32,000 bases of DNA from Longivirga aurantiaca (GTDB taxonomy: Bacteria > Actinomycetota > Actinomycetes > S36-B12 > CAIYMF01), in contig NZ_JBHSTI010000008.1 in NCBI RefSeq assembly GCF_042660085.1, positions 1,110,001 to 1,142,000 of the forward strand. Reading direction: 5' to 3'. The position numbers were made by a program, and so were the translations under genes. This document shows, in pieces, positions 25,100 through 29,508 of the stretch (position 1 is the stretch's first letter; every line of letters starts with the position of its first letter). The notes beneath the pieces were generated by a model. It was not told where the DNA came from and searched no databases. It worked only from the letters and a program-made list of their open reading frames with translations.

Positions 25100-25700
25100 C
25101 GGGCAGTGCAGCGTGGCGACGGAGGTGGGCGGCAGTGGTCGAGTGCTCCAGCAGCCCTCGAGATCGTCGATCGCGTGCACGCCCTGGGCCGAGCTCAACC
25201 GCCCGCTGCAGGCGCGGGCCGGCGTCCTCACGGGCGAGGCTGTCGCGAGCCTGAACGCCACCGACCAGCGGTTCGTCACGGGCGACCTCGTCAACACCGC
25301 GAGCCGGCCGGCGCCCTCGCGGCGCTCGACGCCCTCAAGGCCGAGCAGGGTGCGGAGTGGTACGAGCAGGGTGCGGAGTGGAAGCAGCTGCAGTTCGTCA
25401 CGTGGTTCGCACACGCGAGGACCTACGTCCTGCTGCTGTCGGGGGACTCCGCCGCTGCTTCCGTGCGCGACGTGCGCGACAGGTGGCACGACGGAGGGCT
25501 GCCGCTCGACCACGCGTACGCCGTGCTGGTGCTCGCACGCGTGCTGCCGGCGGGCGGCGTGCCGGACGAGCACATCGGCGAGGCCCGAGCCCACCTCGTG
25601 GGGCTCGGGGCAGTGTCGCTGCTGCGCCTGATCGACGCGGCCCTGGAGTCCGCGCGGTCGGCCCAGCTCGTTGCGGCTCCGGCGGCTCCGGCGGCTGCGG
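25100..25700 (+). pseudogene. Frameshifted, internally deleted remnant of a class III adenylate/guanylate cyclase-ATPase-TPR type regulator
   Basis: Cyclase-like sequence is split over two frames. AALEIVDRVHALG sits in the 25058 frame (from nt 25151). AELNRPLQARAGVLTGEAVASLNATDQRFVTGDLVNTASR sits in the 24906 frame (nt 25188-25307) and matches the recalled cyclase pattern R.G..TGE...G....GD.VN.A.R. From ~25313 the reading switches back to the first frame with a helical C-terminal tail (WFAHARTYVLLLSGD...LLRLIDAALESAR). There is no N-terminal catalytic half and no P-loop. Confidence 0.45.
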
Positions 25701-25702
25701 CG

Positions 25703-25858
25703 ACGCAGGTGGGTGGGAAACGTGTTGCGGGGCGCACGCTCGGCTTACCCGGGTAACGAGCGTGCGGTAGAGCGCACGCTGGTTACCCGGGTAACGAGCG
25801 TGGGGCGAAGCTGAGTGCGGAATCCGTCGCAGAGCGCACGCTGGTTACCCGGGTAACG
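25703..25858. repeat. REP-like repeat family: array of ~3 units (one truncated)
   Basis: Units at ~25703-25760, 25761-25797 and 25798-25858. Long near-palindromes are present, e.g. CACGCTgGTTACCC/GGGTAACgAGCGTG, with perfect GTTACCCGGGTAAC at 25782-25795 and 25844-25857. The terminal residues of track ORF 25058..25756 are encoded by this repeat. Confidence 0.88.
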
Positions 25859-25863
25859 GCCGA

Positions 25864-25968
25864 TCAGTCGGTGGCGAGCGCGGGGCGGTGCACCACGGCC
25901 CAGGTGGTGGCGATCTCGATGCGGTCGAGCTTGGCGGCCAGGTCCTCGAGCGGTACGGCGATGCTCAT
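25864..25968 (-). pseudogene. PNPOx-like paralogue with an in-frame ~219-bp internal deletion (34 codons left)
   Basis: MSIAVPLEDLAAKL|DRIEIATTWAVVHRPALATD keeps the first 14 and last ~20 residues of the 107-aa protein at 21964..22287. The upstream leader 25969-26033 is near-identical to 22288-22352. Confidence 0.55.
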
Positions 25969-26033
25969 GCCCGCAGCCTCAGGAGTCCGGGGCGTGCGAC
26001 CGACGGACTCGCGCTCTCGGTGTGAGCGTTCTC

Positions 26034-26084
26034 GGCGTACGTCGTGCTGGATCGCGTCGGAGCGAGCGCGATCCGGCACGGGGT
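26034..26084. repeat. REP-like repeat family unit (degenerate second half)
   Basis: GGCGTACGTCGTGCTGGATCGCGTCGG... matches the first ~27 nt of the units at 22353 and 27117. The remainder is strongly diverged. Confidence 0.5.
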
Positions 26085-26275
26085 TCCCGTGGCGGACGAC
26101 CCGCTGGACGGACGACTCCTCGGCGAGAGGAGGCCGATCTGCCCACCTGCGCGACACCCTGCTCCGCGCGGACGATGCTGGCGTTGCGACCCGGCATCTC
26201 GTCGACCTCGATCTGGCCACCTGCCGACGGCTCCAGCGCCGGGCGGGAGCTCGTCACCGGCTGAGAGGACCTCCG

Positions 26276-27112
26276 ATGTGCCGCTGGTTCGTCTACCGAG
26301 GAGCGCCCCTGCGCACCAGCGAGCTGCTGCTGCATCCGGTGCACTCGATCGTCGCGCAGTCACTGAACTCGCCGCTCGGCGCAGAGCCCGTGAACGGTGA
26401 CGGGTTCGGATTCGGCTGGTATCCCGTGGACGGTGACGGTCCGCCCGGGCTGTTCCACAGCATCGAGCCGGCCTGGCACGACCGGAACCTGCGCTCGCTG
26501 GCCGAGGCCGTGGTGTCGCCGCTGTTCTTCTGCCATGTGCGCGCCGCAGCCGGGCCGCCGATCCAGCAGACCAATTGCCACCCGTTCCGCAACGACGGCT
26601 GGCTCTTCATGCACAACGGCGGCATCGCGGACTTCGATCGCGTCAAGCGCGACCTCGTACTCGCCGTCGACCCCGATCTCTACCCGCTCATGCTGGGCAC
26701 GACCGATTCCGAGGTGCTCTTCCACCTCGCGCTCACCCTCGGCCTGCGCGACGACCCCGTCGGCGCGATAGCGCGCGCGATCGCGTTCGTCGAACGGGTC
26801 GGTCACGAGCACGACGTGCGGTTCCCGTTCCAGGGCAGCATCGCAACGACGGACGGCGACTCGGTCTGGGCGTTCCGCTACTCGTCGCAGGGGCGGTCGC
26901 GCTCGCTGTTCCACTCGACCGACATCTCCGACCTGCGCACGATGTACCCGGACGAGTCGCGGCTCTCCCTCTTCTCCGACGACGCGCGCGTGATCGTGTC
27001 GGAGCCCATCAACGACCTGCCCGGCGCGTTCCTCGAGGTGCCCGAGGCGTCGGTGGCGATCCTCGACGCGGCGGGCTACCGGCACGCCGCCTTCGCGCCC
27101 GCCGGGTCCTGA
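26276..27112 (+). CDS. Class II (Ntn-type) glutamine amidotransferase, EgtC/YafJ-like, 278 aa
   Basis: Inner ATG at 26276 (GAGAGGA upstream) of track ORF 25871..27112. MCRWFVYRGAPLRTSELLLHPVHSIVAQSLNSPLGAEPVNGDGFGFGWYP has the N-terminal Met-Cys (catalytic Cys after Met removal) and the NGDGFG.GWY motif typical of class II GATase domains. HVRAA...NCHPF...WLFMHNG is also present. Confidence 0.88.
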   Translation: MCRWFVYRGAPLRTSELLLHPVHSIVAQSLNSPLGAEPVNGDGFGFGWYPVDGDGPPGLFHSIEPAWHDRNLRSLAEAVVSPLFFCHVRAAAGPPIQQTNCHPFRNDGWLFMHNGGIADFDRVKRDLVLAVDPDLYPLMLGTTDSEVLFHLALTLGLRDDPVGAIARAIAFVERVGHEHDVRFPFQGSIATTDGDSVWAFRYSSQGRSRSLFHSTDISDLRTMYPDESRLSLFSDDARVIVSEPINDLPGAFLEVPEASVAILDAAGYRHAAFAPAGS

Positions 27113-27116
27113 GCAC

Positions 27117-27228
27117 GGCGTACCTGGTGCTGGATCGCGTCGTGGGGCGCGCTCGTCACCCGGGTAGGCCGTGCGGCGGGTAGGGGGCGGCGAGCGCGCG
27201 TCGTGGGGAGCGCGCTCGCGCTCGGGCG
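27117..27228. repeat. REP-like repeat family: one good unit plus one degenerate unit
   Basis: 27117-27170: GGCGTACCTGGTGCTGGATCGCGTCGTGGGGCGCGCTCGTCACCCGGGTAGGCC. ~27190-27228: GCGCGCGTCGTGGGGAGCGCGCTCGCGCTCGGGCGTGG resembles the second half of a unit. Both lie immediately after the amidotransferase stop. Confidence 0.7.
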
Positions 27229-27378
27229 TGGAGCGGCAGGCGGGGATGGGCGCTGCGGGCACGCGTGGGCGTCCCGAGCGGCGCCTCGTCGTGCATCGGT
27301 CCGACGCGTCGGACAACAATGAACGTGGGCGGCCACCTGGCGCCTCGGTGGGGTGCCGACCGCCGGGGGAGGTGTCCC

Positions 27379-28404
27379 ATGCGCCGGACGACGCTCATCC
27401 TGGTTCCGCTGGTTCTCATCCTGGCTGGCTGCGGCAGCACGGCCTCGCCCGGAGGGACGACGTCGCCAGCCGCGACGACGTCACCGTCGGTCTCCGGCTC
27501 CATGACGGCAGGATCGCTCGTGGACGTGCCCGGCTACTCGTACGCCGAGCCCAGCGCGGCCGACCTCGCGACGCTCGAGCCGCTGACCTCGCGCTTCGGC
27601 TTCGCGCAGGTGACGACCCGCCTCGTCACCACCCCCGGGGCCGACCGCGTCCTGCTGGTCGTCTTCTCGGGCGGCACGCCGAAAGCCGACGCGACCGCGG
27701 CCGCGGCAGCCATGGCCGGCGAACTGGGCGCGAGGGCCGGCAACGAGGTCTTCACCGAGCTGATCGAGGCGCGAGCGCGCGTGGCCCACTCGGCCGCCGT
27801 CGTCGCTGATCTCGGGCCGGTGTACGTCTACTCCTTCGAGCAGGACGGGAAGGTCTACTGGGTCCTGAGCGACGGCGATGTCGACGGCGGCAGGTTCGTC
27901 GAGGCGCTGGTGCGCGAGGTGGTCCCTGAAGGCGCACTCGGCACGTCACCCGCAGCGACGCCCGGCGCGGGGGAGCCGAGCCTCGTCCCCGTACCCGGCT
28001 ACGGCTACGCCGAGCTGGAGGGCGAGGCCGCCTCGATGTTCGGCATCAGCGGGCCGAAGGAGGGGTGGTCGCAGGCCTCGACGCATCGGGTGACCGGTGT
28101 CCCGACCCTGGTGGTGCTGGGCGTGCTCGTGCCCGACGCATCGCTGGCCGCCGACAAGGACGCCATGGCTACGGCCGCGGACCTCGCTGGCGTGCTGCTC
28201 ACGCAGCCGGACGACACGGTGAAGTCGGAGACCATCGGCGGGCAGGACCTGCGGCACTCCCGCTTCACCGCCACGAACAGCGAGCGCATGTCCTCCATCT
28301 CGTTCGTGCACGACGGCACCGTCTACTGGCTGATCTGCGAGGACGACGTCGACTGCACAGGCTTCGCAACGGCGCTGATCCGCCAGCTCGGAACCGATTC
28401 CTGA
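27379..28404 (+). CDS. Lipoprotein of unknown function with an internal tandem duplication (2 x ~137 aa), 341 aa
   Basis: Inner ATG at 27379, preceded by GGGGGAGG. MRRTTLILVPLVLILAGCGS has lipobox L-A-G-C. The repeated halves are nt 27514-27924 and 27979-28392: SLVDVPGYSYAE...DGKVYWVLSDGDVDGGRFVEALVREV vs SLVPVPGYGYAE...DGTVYWLICEDDVDCTGFATALIRQL. Confidence 0.85.
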   Translation: MRRTTLILVPLVLILAGCGSTASPGGTTSPAATTSPSVSGSMTAGSLVDVPGYSYAEPSAADLATLEPLTSRFGFAQVTTRLVTTPGADRVLLVVFSGGTPKADATAAAAAMAGELGARAGNEVFTELIEARARVAHSAAVVADLGPVYVYSFEQDGKVYWVLSDGDVDGGRFVEALVREVVPEGALGTSPAATPGAGEPSLVPVPGYGYAELEGEAASMFGISGPKEGWSQASTHRVTGVPTLVVLGVLVPDASLAADKDAMATAADLAGVLLTQPDDTVKSETIGGQDLRHSRFTATNSERMSSISFVHDGTVYWLICEDDVDCTGFATALIRQLGTDS

Positions 28405-28413
28405 CGCCGGGGG

Positions 28414-28444
28414 CGACGGACGGCCCAGGGGGCTGGCCCCGTCG
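28414..28444 (+). terminator. Possible GC-rich hairpin downstream of the lipoprotein gene
   Basis: CGACGG (28414-28419) pairs with CCGTCG (28439-28444). An inner GGCC.AG/CT.GGCC stem has a 4-nt GGGG loop and two bulges. No U-tract. Confidence 0.3.
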
Positions 28445-28552
28445 AACGGCCGGGCGCCGGGGGGAAGTCGACAGGACTCCGCGAAGGCCCCAGCCCTACT
28501 CTGACGCTGACGGGCGCTGGGGCGCCCGGCCTCCGCGGCCGCTCGCCAAGGG

Positions 28553-29359
28553 GTGATCCCCGTGCTGAGCACATCTCGCACCCGTTCGCTCGTCCTCGTC
28601 GTCGCCTGCCTGGCGGTTGCCGCGTGCGGGCCGACCCCGGCTCCCGGGTTGAGCGCCAGCAGCTCGACGCCCTCGACCGGAGCCTCTGCCACCTCCCCGA
28701 CCGCCACCACCACGACCTCTGCCACGCCGTCGACGCAATCGGCCACGCCGGTCGACCGCGACCCGCTCACGCACAAGCTGCTGGCCGAGGACTTCTCCCA
28801 GGGCCCCGGCGTCTTCCACGTCGGCGACCTGAACGGCTACACGTACGCGGTCAAGGACGGCGCGTACGTCATCACCGCGACGTCCAAGCCGTCCGGCCCG
28901 GCCGAGACGTACGGCGAGTACGCACGAGTCGCGTACGCCATCGACTCGAGCGTCGACGTGGTCGGCGCGGCGTCGGCCGGCACGAAGACCGCCGTCGGCA
29001 TCGCCTGCTTCGACGCCGCGGGCGAGAACGGCCTCATGATGCTCGCGGCGGCGGACGGCTCGGGCGGTGCCTATCTCAGGTTCGTGAACGGCGTGCCGGA
29101 CGCCGAGCCGCTCGCCGAGTGGGGCGCCTCGCTGACATCCGGAGCAGCGGTGACGTCCCTGCGGTTCCTGGCTGCCATCAGCAACCCTCTGAACGACGAC
29201 GTACGCCTCTCGGGCTGGGTGAACGGGGTGGCCGTGCCCGCGAGTCCCGAGACGGACAAGTTCGAGGGCTGCGCCGGCATGGTCCTGTTGCTGATGGCAC
29301 CCACCAAGGGCGTCAGCGTGAGCTTCGACAACGCACGCGCGATCGTGCCCGGGGAGTAG
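28553..29359 (+). CDS. Lipoprotein of unknown function with a Ser/Thr/Pro-rich linker and a beta-rich (jelly-roll-like?) C-terminal domain, 268 aa
   Basis: Track ORF (GTG start). SLVLVVACLAVAACGPT has lipobox V-A-A-C. It is followed by the low-complexity linker SSSTPSTGASATSPTATTTTSATPSTQSATP and a ~190-aa domain ending VSVSFDNARAIV. The fold assignment is a guess. Confidence 0.8.
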   Translation: MIPVLSTSRTRSLVLVVACLAVAACGPTPAPGLSASSSTPSTGASATSPTATTTTSATPSTQSATPVDRDPLTHKLLAEDFSQGPGVFHVGDLNGYTYAVKDGAYVITATSKPSGPAETYGEYARVAYAIDSSVDVVGAASAGTKTAVGIACFDAAGENGLMMLAAADGSGGAYLRFVNGVPDAEPLAEWGASLTSGAAVTSLRFLAAISNPLNDDVRLSGWVNGVAVPASPETDKFEGCAGMVLLLMAPTKGVSVSFDNARAIVPGE

Positions 29360-29373
29360 TCGCCGGGCCCGAC

Positions 29374-29430
29374 GTCGTACCTGAGCGGGGATCCCGTCGT
29401 GGAGCGAACGCTGGGTACCCAGGTAGCGGG
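29374..29430. repeat. REP-like repeat family unit with a variant palindromic core
   Basis: GTCGTACCTGAGCGGGGATCCCGTCGTGGAGCGAACGCTGGGTACCCAGGTAGCGGGGG aligns with the family consensus. Its core is the perfect 12-bp palindrome CTGGGTACCCAG (29411-29422) instead of GTTACCCGGGTAAC. It lies just after the lipoprotein stop. Confidence 0.7.
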
Positions 29431-29508
29431 GGTGCGAGCCCCTGCTCGGCAGGATTCCGCGCGCACGGAGGGGAAGGATGAGGACATGACCAGGTCGCCC
29501 TTTCAACC

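Noticed and set aside
10681-25927. Classification of the repeat-bounded segment as an integrative element, prophage or transposon
   Set aside because: No integrase, recombinase, transposase, tRNA target, phage structural gene or terminal inverted repeat was recognisable. It is reported only as a repeat-flanked accessory segment.
25871-26275. N-terminal extensions offered by the ORF track (25871 for the amidotransferase; likewise 27265 for the lipoprotein, 4726 for the USP, 23852 for the permease)
   Set aside because: The extensions are Arg/Ser-rich and overlap REP or leader sequence. They also lack a Shine-Dalgarno. The inner starts give canonical N-termini: Met-Cys for the Ntn amidotransferase, a lipobox signal peptide, the USP core, and the first TM helix.
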